Source of the DNA: a virus
Lineage: Duplodnaviria > Heunggongvirae > Uroviricota > Caudoviricetes
IMG/VR virus record: IMGVR_UViG_3300030035_000024
Reading direction: 5' to 3' (one strand)
Length of the DNA: 64,000 nucleotides
A program made the translations under genes and the position numbers. Under the pieces are notes generated by a model that ran no database searches, had not been told where the DNA came from, and saw nothing but the letters and a program-made list of their open reading frames with translations. Positions 37,488 through 45,350 of the stretch are shown here, in pieces (within the stretch, counting starts at the first letter, position 1; each line of letters starts with the position of its first letter).

Positions 37488-37577
37488 TGCCCCGACAGGA
37501 TTTGAACCTATAAAATTATTTGCAGTGAAGAACACAAACATGTTCTAATCGGTTTTCCGTAACCGATAACCGGGGCA
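37488..37577 (-). ncRNA. Aberrant tRNA-like RNA A (90 nt): acceptor, D and T arms retained, anticodon arm replaced by a 6-bp stem with a UGUUUG hexaloop
   Basis: Minus-strand TGCCCCGGTTATCGG...CCGATTAGAACATGTTTGTGTTCT...ATAGGTTCAAATCCTGTCGGGGCA. 7-8-bp acceptor pairing, T-loop TTCAAAT, and no 7-nt anticodon loop. Confidence 0.5.
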
Positions 37578-37578
37578 G

Positions 37579-37692
37579 TGACGAGGGATGGATTCGAACC
37601 ACCAACCTATGCCTTGTAATGGAGTAAATTGCTGTTATAGTCACAAACATGACTAATATTCTCATTGCTCTGTCCAATTGAGCTACCTCGTC
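37579..37692 (-). ncRNA. Aberrant tRNA-like RNA B (114 nt), 1 nt upstream of A; same CAUGUUUGUG hairpin plus a 27-nt insertion
   Basis: GACGAGGTAGCTCAATTGGACAGAGCA...AGTCATGTTTGTGACT...GGTGGTTCGAATCCATCCCTCGTCA. Perfect acceptor, D and T arms; AAUGAG/CUCCAUU long-range pairing encloses the insertion. Confidence 0.5.
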
Positions 37693-37751
37693 TAAAAACC
37701 AACAATAGATATGCTAAAGTAAGATATCCTATCTACACCTGGTAGATGGAA

Positions 37752-37823
37752 TTGCAGGAGACGGATTCGAACCGCCGTTCTCAAGGATATGAGCCTTGCG
37801 AGATTCCACTTCTCTATCCTGCC
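37752..37823 (-). tRNA. tRNA-Met(CAT), initiator-like 1:72 mismatch (G-A)
   Basis: GGCAGGATAGAGAAGTGGAATCTCGCAAGGCTCATATCCTTGAGAACGGCGGTTCGAATCCGTCTCCTGCAA; anticodon loop CUCAUAU. Confidence 0.6.
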
Positions 37824-38113
37824 GGAACCCGGAAAAACCGGGCTAGCAATAGGTTTATCGTGTTATGCTTTCCACTATCTACAAGTTTTAGTGCTGTAGA
37901 TTCACTGGATATTTTTATACGTCTTAGAACGGCATCTCTTGAAAACTCCTTTTATTAACGTGCGCTGCGTTAATATTTTTAACTCAGAGATATACCAGCC
38001 GGGAAATCAGATCCATTTAAGCTACGCCGTATCGCACCTAAATTTACCTAATCCACACGCTCAACTGGAAGTTTTTTCCACCCATATTACGGATGAATGG
38101 CATTTAGAAGAAA

Positions 38114-38186
38114 TGGAAACTCTGGGATTCGAACCCAGGACTTACGGCTTATGAGGCCGTTGCTCTTACCACTGAACTAAGCTTCC
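38114..38186 (-). tRNA. tRNA with CAT anticodon (elongator Met or Ile2)
   Basis: GGAAGCTTAGTTCAGTGGTAAGAGCAACGGCCTCATAAGCCGTAAGTCCTGGGTTCGAATCCCAGAGTTTCCA; canonical cloverleaf. Confidence 0.75.
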
Positions 38187-38335
38187 TGAGATACCAGAAA
38201 TAAGCCCGCCATAGATTTATTTCTGGCACTGTTGCAGTTCTTGACCGCCAGCCGCAACAAAGGTTTTCTGAAACGCTTTTGGATTCCAGAAAAGATTGTT
38301 ATAAAATGAACTTGCGGCGTTAGCAAAACCGCAAA

Positions 38336-38408
38336 CTGGGCTAACTGGATTCGAACCAGTAAATGCAGCAATCAAAGTGCTGTGCCTTAACCGTTTGGCG
38401 ATAGCCCA
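38336..38408 (-). tRNA. tRNA-Gln(TTG)
   Basis: TGGGCTATCGCCAAACGGTTAAGGCACAGCACTTTGATTGCTGCATTTACTGGTTCGAATCCAGTTAGCCCAG; closely matches the Bacillus-type tRNA-Gln scaffold. Confidence 0.8.
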
Positions 38409-38633
38409 TCAACCCCGGCGCACCATTAAAACCGGGGAAGTCGTGATATTAAGCTAAACAAGTATATAAAATAAGAGTTTCCGCTACTCTGGATGCCTCG
38501 ACTTATCACTTTCATAGGCTTTCCCGAACCTACATGGATTAAGTCGAAGCTGTGCTTTTATGAATTTAACCCTTTCGATTAATTCAATCGGGATAATTCC
38601 AATTGGAATCGGTAAATACATGGGGTTCTCCTC

Positions 38634-39149
38634 TTATTCTGCAAAAATCCAATCCTCTGCTAACATATCTGCTTGAGATGCAAGCCATCCCATCTGTACG
38701 CCAGATGTTCCGACAAAAGCAATGGCTTTGTTTCCGATTGCATCATGTTCACAATTTACAATTTCATTATCAGCAGTCTTATATGAAATTCCAGTGGCAA
38801 TCTGAATGTACTGTTTCTTTCCATTCCAGCCTTTACGAGACACTTTAAGTCCTCTTTTCAGATAACGGATAGCGTCACCAAATCCAAATGTTGACTGACC
38901 ACCAAGAACACCACAGTTATTCTCATCAGCAATCATCCAGTCATCTCGCTGTGTGTGCATGAAAGTATATTCTACTCTCTGTGTTTCACGGATATCGAGA
39001 ACTGCTCCCTGGCCTTGATCGGAATCTTTTGGTCTGTAATGAATCATAATCGTCTGTTTTTCATCGTCCCAACACCAGTAACCATTCCATCCTGGAAGTT
39101 TCACTTTTGCTCCCTGTTTCATAAGTTTTAATGCTTCTGAAAATTTCAT
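38634..39149 (-). CDS. Tandem DUF2829-like (W-x-G repeat) phage protein
   Basis: Two repeats: MKFSEALKLMKQGAKVKLPGWNGYW and FGDAIRYLKRGLKVSRKGWNGKKQYIQ. Start at MKFSE with RBS AAGGAGGA. Confidence 0.45.
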   Translation of the reverse strand: MKFSEALKLMKQGAKVKLPGWNGYWCWDDEKQTIMIHYRPKDSDQGQGAVLDIRETQRVEYTFMHTQRDDWMIADENNCGVLGGQSTFGFGDAIRYLKRGLKVSRKGWNGKKQYIQIATGISYKTADNEIVNCEHDAIGNKAIAFVGTSGVQMGWLASQADMLAEDWIFAE

Positions 39150-39163
39150 TTCTATATCCTCCT

Positions 39164-39340
39164 TTACCTCGTGCAAATTAAGAAAATATTCAGTGCGAAA
39201 CATATTTCTAAACAAATGCAGAATAAAATCTGTATTACGCTTGTCTTTCCTTCTTCGTCCAGTATAGCCAAAGTACCGGCAAGAACCAGAACGAAAAATG
39301 CAAGATTTACAGCTGCTCCAATTACATTAAGTGCATTCAT
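39164..39340 (-). CDS. Small membrane protein (about 58 aa)
   Basis: MNALNVIGAAVNLAFFVLVLAGTLAIL... Confidence 0.3.
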   Translation of the reverse strand: MNALNVIGAAVNLAFFVLVLAGTLAILDEEGKTSVIQILFCICLEICFALNIFLICTR

Positions 39341-39728
39341 TTTCTTTTTCCTCCCCAATTAAGAAATCCAGAATTTTTTCTGCAATTTCTTCCTCTGGCT
39401 CAAATGGCATTCCGCAGTAATTGTAGGATTCTAAAGCCGATTTTAGGCTTGATTTGAAGCCATTGTAAATTTCTCCATGTTGTAACAGTTCGTGCCTTAA
39501 AACTAAAATTGCATCAGTAATTGATTGAGAAGTGACACTAATTTGTGCCAAGCACTCCATTTCAATGTCTGGAACAGCCATCATTTCAAAATCAAATACT
39601 GGAATTTCATCTACTGCGGTATGAAAATTTATTGATCTTACTCTCGGAACTTCATTTCCATCAATGAAATATTTTGTGCCGAGCCAATCATAGGGGGTGG
39701 GGTTTGTGATTTTCACTATCGGCATCTT
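39327..39728 (-). CDS. Hypothetical (about 133 aa)
   Basis: Start at MPIVKITNPTPYDW. Confidence 0.3.
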   Translation of the reverse strand, partial: KMPIVKITNPTPYDWLGTKYFIDGNEVPRVRSINFHTAVDEIPVFDFEMMAVPDIEMECLAQISVTSQSITDAILVLRHELLQHGEIYNGFKSSLKSALESYNYCGMPFEPEEEIAEKILDFLIGEEKENECT

Positions 39729-40053
39729 CGCATCCCCTCCTTCGAAATTTACAATACAAAAGAATGTGTTTTGCGATTTCTTCAAGCTCATATATGCTGT
39801 ATCTTGGAACTACACGTGGCTCACGTTTCAATAATGGGGATAATGGTGAAAATGGCTTTGGCGGCTCATATGTTATAGTCGCGTTAATAATCATGGGAGC
39901 TACATCTGTAGGAGATTGCAAAAGATTTTTGCCTTCTGAACCAATCACCTGTTCCCATTTTCCATTCACCATTAAAAAGAACTTCCCGTCTTGCGCCTTA
40001 ACTGTCCCATCTGGGAAATTTTCTTCGTTGTTGCGAGTATTGTAATCTTTCAT
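39688..40053 (-). CDS. Hypothetical (121 aa)
   Basis: ORF-track ORF; its 3' end overlaps the next gene. Confidence 0.3.
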   Translation of the reverse strand: MKDYNTRNNEENFPDGTVKAQDGKFFLMVNGKWEQVIGSEGKNLLQSPTDVAPMIINATITYEPPKPFSPLSPLLKREPRVVPRYSIYELEEIAKHILLYCKFRRRGCEDADSENHKPHPL

Positions 40054-40478
40054 CCCTCTTCTACCTCCCCGAAATATTTCTTGTAAAGCTTATGGTTGTA
40101 ATACCACAGATGTTGCATCGCAAAAATTTTATCAATACATTCCAAACCATAATACATTACTCTGTACTCGGCGGTTCTGTCTCCGTTTTCATCAACACTA
40201 TAACCAGCTAATTCAGATTTTGATTTTGCGCCAAACCATCTACCGTTCTTTGTAACAAACAAAGAAAGATTCCCATATTCACAAACATATGTGGCAGTTT
40301 GAGTATCATACAATCTTCCATCAGCTAATATTGCTTTTGCGTGAATTGGCTTCACCAGTTTCCGAATTTCCGGGGATTCCTGTCCAACATTTTCATATGC
40401 TTGGTTTGTTTCCGAAACACCTTTTTTATTTTTTGAGAAAAATTTAAGCACGTCTTTTCCTCCCGAAATATTCATCAA
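40050..40478 (-). CDS. Hypothetical (142 aa)
   Basis: ORF-track ORF. Confidence 0.3.
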   Translation of the reverse strand: MMNISGGKDVLKFFSKNKKGVSETNQAYENVGQESPEIRKLVKPIHAKAILADGRLYDTQTATYVCEYGNLSLFVTKNGRWFGAKSKSELAGYSVDENGDRTAEYRVMYYGLECIDKIFAMQHLWYYNHKLYKKYFGEVEEG

Positions 40479-40610
40479 CTGCCTGTCTCACAATATCCGA
40501 TACGCTCCTGTCTGTCCGGTTCTTCTCTTCCAGGAGCCTTTTTTTCTGTTTTTCGGAAAATCGGATGCGGATGGATTCGGATTGCGGGTTTGGTTTCATA
40601 AGCATTTACC

Positions 40611-41078
40611 TCAACTTACAATTTCAATTGGATATCCTAAGTATGCTTCCAGCTCCGAAACAGTCAGTTTGCGTGGTTTCTTTATTTCAACATCAACACG
40701 CTGTATGATATTGTCTGTTGTCTTTGCGATTGCCTTTCCGGTATAACTTTCAAGCTCTTCGTTTGCATATACATTCAAATGTTCATATCCATATGCCCGG
40801 CACCATCTTGCAGCTGAATCAACAATTTTTCTTAGCTCTTCTTGCTCATCACCAAACAACTCCGAATATCTAACCGCCTTGTTGGGGTCGTTCAAACTTA
40901 CTCCGCAAGAAGCCACAACATGTTTATATGGACTTCCAATAAAATGAAAATATCTATTCGATTCCATTGCTTTTTGGCCTTTTGGCAAGTTGAACCCTTG
41001 AGCTATTGCTTTTTTAAGCAGCTGTTCTGATTCAACGTTATTTTCTGTAACAATACACTTGTTTGTAAAATCAATCAT
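40611..41078 (-). CDS. Hypothetical (155 aa), translationally coupled to the invertase gene
   Basis: 8-nt overlap with the upstream recombinase ORF. Confidence 0.35.
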   Translation of the reverse strand: MIDFTNKCIVTENNVESEQLLKKAIAQGFNLPKGQKAMESNRYFHFIGSPYKHVVASCGVSLNDPNKAVRYSELFGDEQEELRKIVDSAARWCRAYGYEHLNVYANEELESYTGKAIAKTTDNIIQRVDVEIKKPRKLTVSELEAYLGYPIEIVS

Positions 41079-41661
41079 CTTTATCCCCCTCTAAAAGTTT
41101 ATATAGCGTGCTTCTTGAAACTCCTATAGTCTCAGCAAATTGTGCTTTTGTTATTTCTCCCATTTGCCAACTTCGTTTGGTTTCTTCAAAAAGGTCTTTG
41201 TTTATCTCTTTTTTGGAACGACCTTTATATTTGCCCTGGGATTTTGCAATTGCAATACCTTCTTTTTGACGCTGCCGAATATTTTCTCTTTCTCTTTGTG
41301 CTACATATGAGAGAAGCTGCAAAACTATGTCTGCAATCAGTGTTCCTGTCAAATCTTTGTTTTGCGTAGTATTAAGCAACGGCATATCCTGTACAATGAT
41401 ATCCGCTTCAATCTCTTTTGTAATTTTTCGCCATTCAGCAATAATCTCTTCGTAGTTTCTTCCAAGTCTATCAATCGAATGGATTATCAGAATGTCACCT
41501 TTATGAAGAGAAGCAATCATTTTCTGATACTCTGGACGATTAAAGTCTTTCCCAGATTTTTTATCCATATAAATTTTTTCAACACCATCTGTTTTCATTG
41601 CTTCAATTTGTCTCGCTTCGTTCTGATCTGCTGTTGAAACTCTTACATATCCTACTTTCAT
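41071..41661 (-). CDS. Small serine recombinase (resolvase/invertase family, about 196 aa)
   Basis: MKVGYVRVSTADQ...DKKSGKD...IDRLGRN catalytic motifs. C-terminal HTH ITKAQFAETIGVSRSTLYKLL. RBS AGGAG. Confidence 0.8.
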   Translation of the reverse strand: MKVGYVRVSTADQNEARQIEAMKTDGVEKIYMDKKSGKDFNRPEYQKMIASLHKGDILIIHSIDRLGRNYEEIIAEWRKITKEIEADIIVQDMPLLNTTQNKDLTGTLIADIVLQLLSYVAQRERENIRQRQKEGIAIAKSQGKYKGRSKKEINKDLFEETKRSWQMGEITKAQFAETIGVSRSTLYKLLEGDKDD

Positions 41662-41798
41662 ATATACACGCTCCTGTTTCTTTATAAAACAATTATACAC
41701 TATAATGTGTGTGTTTTCAATAGCAAATTACACGTTTAAGTGAATTTTAATTGATTTTTATAACATTTGCGTTTATTATGTAAGTAGGAGGTGTTTAT

Positions 41799-42032
41799 AT
41801 GGTATCTCAAAAAATTAAACAAATAATGAAAATGAAAAAAATTACAAATATTCAAGTTGCTGAACATCTAGGAACTTCACCACAAGCACTAGCTAACAAG
41901 TTTTCCAGAGAAACGCTTTCTGCATATGATCTTATAGCCATCCTTGACTTTCTTGGTTGTCAAATTTCTGTTGAAGCATTTCCAGATATCATAGTAAAAT
42001 TTAATAGCAATGATCTGAAAAGAGAGCCTTAA
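41799..42032 (+). CDS. XRE-family HTH regulator (77 aa)
   Basis: ITNIQVAEHLGTSPQALANKFSRE helix-turn-helix. Plus-strand, divergent from the invertase. Confidence 0.55.
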   Translation: MVSQKIKQIMKMKKITNIQVAEHLGTSPQALANKFSRETLSAYDLIAILDFLGCQISVEAFPDIIVKFNSNDLKREP

Positions 42033-42045
42033 TGGTTCTCTTTTT

Positions 42046-42789
42046 TTACTTTCTAATCAATCCTTGTCCTTGCAGTAAAAGTCTAAATGTTTCTTTACCT
42101 TTCACAGTGATATATGTCTGAACATTCGAATATCCAAACGGTGTTGAGAAATCTTTCATCTGGAAAAGCCCAGCTTTCCTATACGGTTCATAGGGTTTAA
42201 TAATATTGTGCCTATCACGGTAGATATAACCGTTTTCCGTAAGCCACTTATTAAACGCTTTAGGTGGAATGTGAAATTCCTTTGCTGCATCTCGAAAAGT
42301 TGTAAGGAGCCTATTATCTATCAGACTGTCGAAATAATCAGCTTTAGGCTTCTGTTCCTGTACTTTCTGTTCAAGTAACTGCTTTTCCTGTTGTTCTTCA
42401 ATCCATCTTTTAGCTCGTTCTATCGGATCAGCTATCTGGTAAGAATCTTGTTTCTGACCGACTTCATACTTCCCAGTCTTACGAATGGACGGAAGTACTT
42501 CTGATGTGACCCAATGTTTAAATTCTTTGGCTTTTTCAAGCTTACTACTAAAAATTAACGAGAAAAGACCGGATTCATTAATAGCTATGATATTCCTTGT
42601 CTGTGTCCCGTCATAAAATGGTACTTCTGCCTTATCTTCCAACTCTACATGCCTTTGTATATCTCGACTACCATTTTGGTACCCGAGGGCTGTTGCAACA
42701 TCAATTCCAACAAACCACGGAACACCATTTATCGTTACTGTTCTTACGCTTCCAAATTCTGGATTGCTAAAAATCATCATATCGTTCAT
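42046..42789 (-). CDS. Phage antirepressor (Bro-N N-terminal plus KilA-C-like C-terminal domain), 247 aa
   Basis: FGSVRTVTINGVPWFVGIDVATALGY Bro-N signature. Confidence 0.6.
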   Translation of the reverse strand: MNDMMIFSNPEFGSVRTVTINGVPWFVGIDVATALGYQNGSRDIQRHVELEDKAEVPFYDGTQTRNIIAINESGLFSLIFSSKLEKAKEFKHWVTSEVLPSIRKTGKYEVGQKQDSYQIADPIERAKRWIEEQQEKQLLEQKVQEQKPKADYFDSLIDNRLLTTFRDAAKEFHIPPKAFNKWLTENGYIYRDRHNIIKPYEPYRKAGLFQMKDFSTPFGYSNVQTYITVKGKETFRLLLQGQGLIRK

Positions 42790-42869
42790 CCGTTATACCT
42801 GCCTTTCTGAGTATTGCCTTGTTTTTAGTATGGCAGAGAAACAGTTAAGGCTTACTGCTTGTCGTGTTC

Positions 42870-43085
42870 GAATCACTATCCCTGCCATGTTAAGGAGAGC
42901 TTTTTTGTTTTTTCGGGCGGTTTCGGTGGTAACTACCGCTGACCGGAGGTTTATATATACCCCCTCCCGGTCATCCAGTACGGACGCTGGCAAGTCAGCC
43001 CACCGCCCAATGGGAACCGCTGCCCTTGCCCGGTCGCTGTTTATCGTAAGTCTTCGGCGGTGGTCAAGGAAATGCTATGCAAAAT
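42870..43085. other. GC-rich (about 60%) structured noncoding island inside a 425-bp intergenic gap
   Basis: Several G-C-rich hairpins (GACCGGAGG...CCTCCCGGTC; GGCGG/CCGCC) in otherwise about 35% GC DNA. No credible ORF. Confidence 0.35.
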
Positions 43086-43214
43086 CTATTGTCATATTGC
43101 ACAAAAAACAGTGTTTTATAGAATGTCTTTTTAGGGTGTACCCTATTTGCACATTGCGTATTACTAGATATAGAATCCGTTTTCTCGTAATCACAACATA
43201 TAGTGTTTTTACTG

Positions 43215-43805
43215 TTATAGTTCCGGCTTTTCCATCTCTGGAAGTTGTAAAGCGGCTTTGTGCTTCTCTGCGATCTGCTGCGCAGTCTGCTGTGGTACAC
43301 CATACTGTTGTGTAGCTTGCACCGGTGCAGTTTCTGCCATGCCATAGGCGGCTTTTGCAACAAATATCAAATTCGCATTTGTTCCGGTCTGATTATGTAA
43401 TCTATTGATTGCGCAGTTTTTACAAATATCAAACCATTTTTTAGCCGTGTCACCATGTGACGAGTTTGTTCTATACACTCCATTCATCCAGTCAGTAAAC
43501 GTTGTACGATTAATCCCAACTAAAAAGCTAAATACTTCTAGGGTTGGTAATACATGATATTTACTGCATAATCTCACATAAGTATTAAACATTTTATCTA
43601 ATAGCTCTATATTGTCATTACTTGGCTTTTGTATATGATCTGCAATATAAAAAATCATATCTACAAAGCTATCTGATACTTCTTTCTTATAGTTTTCGTT
43701 ATCTGGTGATATACATAATACAGTATTTATATATTCATCAGCATATATATTAATATTATCTAAATAGATATCTACGTCTTGTATATTTACTGTATTATCT
43801 TTCAT
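43215..43805 (-). CDS. Hypothetical (196 aa)
   Basis: ORF-track ORF, preceded by a terminator/attenuator hairpin. Confidence 0.35.
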   Translation of the reverse strand: MKDNTVNIQDVDIYLDNINIYADEYINTVLCISPDNENYKKEVSDSFVDMIFYIADHIQKPSNDNIELLDKMFNTYVRLCSKYHVLPTLEVFSFLVGINRTTFTDWMNGVYRTNSSHGDTAKKWFDICKNCAINRLHNQTGTNANLIFVAKAAYGMAETAPVQATQQYGVPQQTAQQIAEKHKAALQLPEMEKPEL

Positions 43806-43840
43806 ATTATCACCTCACTTTAGCACGTTAATTTGTAAAT

Positions 43841-43907
43841 AAAAAAGAGAATGTCACCAGGTAAAGCTTATTCCCGGAAAATTTCCGGGTGTTCGGGTAC
43901 ATTCTCT
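43841..43907 (-). terminator. Rho-independent terminator/attenuator (minus strand) in the 5' leader of the 43215-43805 gene
   Basis: AGAGAATGT...[nested CCCGGAAAATTTCCGGG palindrome]...ACATTCTCT followed by TTTTTTATTT on the minus strand. Confidence 0.45.
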
Positions 43908-44364
43908 AAAACTTAAAATAAAATATTCTGTTTTCTTTGTTGCTGATACCTTAACACAGTCTTTAATATCTTGTCAAATTTAATTTTGCATAAAATAAAA
44001 CCCTTTATTTTGTCAGTAATTAATAAATAATATTTGGCATATTATATTATAATCTTCATTTATATTTATATTATATATGTTATTATACGGTACTGTATAG
44101 AATATCTTTTAATAAACTCTTGCCTTAGGAATCTATGGAGGGGTAAAAGATATATTATATATAATACATTTAGACATAATAAAAACCAGACCATTACCGA
44201 GCTTTAATGCCTGGATGATCTGGCTTGTTAACTGCTACTTTATTCTGTTCAGGTGCAAACGATTTCACAATAACCACCCCTCCATGAGTTCCCGCAACCA
44301 TCGTTGATAATAACGTTACTGTAAGTTTTCCAGAAAGTCAAGCCAAAAATAAAAAACATTTTTC

Positions 44365-44395
44365 TTGACAAAAATTAAAAACCTGTGCTATTAAT
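44365..44395 (+). promoter_or_regulatory. Sigma70-like promoter (TTGACA-18-TATTAAT)
   Basis: Near-consensus -35 and -10 elements read from the sequence. Confidence 0.5.
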
Positions 44396-44401
44396 ATCTT
44401 A

Positions 44402-44530
44402 ACAGCTTCGGCGGTGGGGCTGTTAACCCCTCAAACGTCGTTACGCCGCCACAAATAAGCATTTTAAAAGCCCCGGGATGATTTCCAAGGGCTTTTTCTT
44501 TTGGTTGGGGCGATTGTTCGCCCCTTTTGG
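44402..44530 (+). ncRNA. Candidate small RNA (about 125 nt) between promoter and tandem terminators
   Basis: No RBS or ATG. Nested hairpins GGCGG[GGGGctgttaaCCCC]...CCGCC. Two consecutive intrinsic terminators. Confidence 0.4.
44468..44528 (+). terminator. Tandem rho-independent terminators (the second is bidirectional)
   Basis: AAGCCC-15nt-GGGCTTTTTC, then GGGGCGattgttCGCCCCTTTT. On the minus strand the second also terminates the 44531-44779 gene. Confidence 0.6.
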
Positions 44531-44689
44531 TTATTCGTTTTCCTTCGTGGTTTCTTTGAGCAGTCCGGCTGAGTGTTTACGGATTTCGTTGTTCATTTCT
44601 CGGACTTCCTCAATGGTTTCGCATTTGTCTGTCGCTGTTGTGATCAACCAAGCAATAAACTGTAACTGTTTGTCTGTCATGTTCTCCAT
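44531..44689 (-). CDS. Small hypothetical (about 52 aa)
   Basis: MENMTDKQLQFIAWLITTATDK...; start uncertain. Confidence 0.3.
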   Translation of the reverse strand: MENMTDKQLQFIAWLITTATDKCETIEEVREMNNEIRKHSAGLLKETTKENE

Positions 44690-44753
44690 TTTTTCTCCTT
44701 TCTGTGGTTTATAAGGTTCTTTGTTCCTTACAAGTATTATTATATCTCTATTT

Positions 44754-45017
44754 TTAGTGATTGTCAATATTTTGTTCACATATTTTAGAGATTATTTTTT
44801 CTCTATCGTTGTCTGTTTCAACATATTTTATAATATCTCTAGGTTGCATTTCAAGAACGGCACAAAGTCTATTCAAATTGTCTAAAGAAATCGTTGTGTC
44901 TCCTTTTTTAAATTTTTGCATTGTAGCTTGTCCGAAAAGCCCTGTATTTTTAGCTTTTGTGGTATTTATACCGACTTTTGCAAGCTCTTCTATAACATTA
45001 ATTTTATATTGTAGCAT
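44754..45017 (-). CDS. XRE-family HTH regulator (Cro/CI-like, 87 aa)
   Basis: TTISLDNLNRLCAVLEMQPRDII. Confidence 0.55.
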   Translation of the reverse strand: MLQYKINVIEELAKVGINTTKAKNTGLFGQATMQKFKKGDTTISLDNLNRLCAVLEMQPRDIIKYVETDNDREKIISKICEQNIDNH

Positions 45018-45111
45018 TTGTTTTCCTCCTAATCTTTTACTTTATATATAATGTAGCTTTTTTAATGCTGATTGTCAAGAATATTTTTCTCTATTTTTTG
45101 TGAATTATATG

Positions 45112-45140
45112 TTGACATTCTCTAATTTTAGTGATATTAT
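45112..45140 (+). promoter_or_regulatory. Sigma70 promoter TTGACA-17-TATTAT driving the J-domain operon, with a ~200-nt leader
   Basis: Read directly from the sequence. The leader contains the hairpin GCCCGGcagtcttccaaaccaaaCCGGGC. Confidence 0.5.
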
Positions 45141-45350
45141 AATTACATCAACAAAGGAACAAAAGAAACAAACAACTGGAACCGCCCGAACCACTCAACA
45201 CAATGAGGACATAGGGAGCCGGCACCGATTAATTGAAAAATTCTAGTTCCTAGGCAAAATAAAAAAAGCCCGGCAGTCTTCCAAACCAAACCGGGCACCA
45301 AACTAAAAAGAAAGGCAACCCTATTATAACAGGGGTGAGGGTGAAAATCA

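Noticed and set aside
37488-37692. Reading tRNA-like A/B as tRNA-Sec or class II (Leu/Ser/Tyr) tRNAs
   Set aside because: A has a possible 8-bp acceptor and 5-bp D stem reminiscent of tRNA-Sec, but there is no UCA anticodon. Both carry a 6-nt rather than 7-nt loop on a 6-bp stem, and B has an extra 27-nt insertion. Neither fits a decoding tRNA.
42764-43315. 183-aa plus-strand ORF and 66- and 99-aa minus-strand ORFs across the GC-rich island
   Set aside because: High GC removes stop codons by chance. There is no RBS, and the translations are Arg/Ala-rich nonsense. Treated as noncoding structured DNA or RNA instead.
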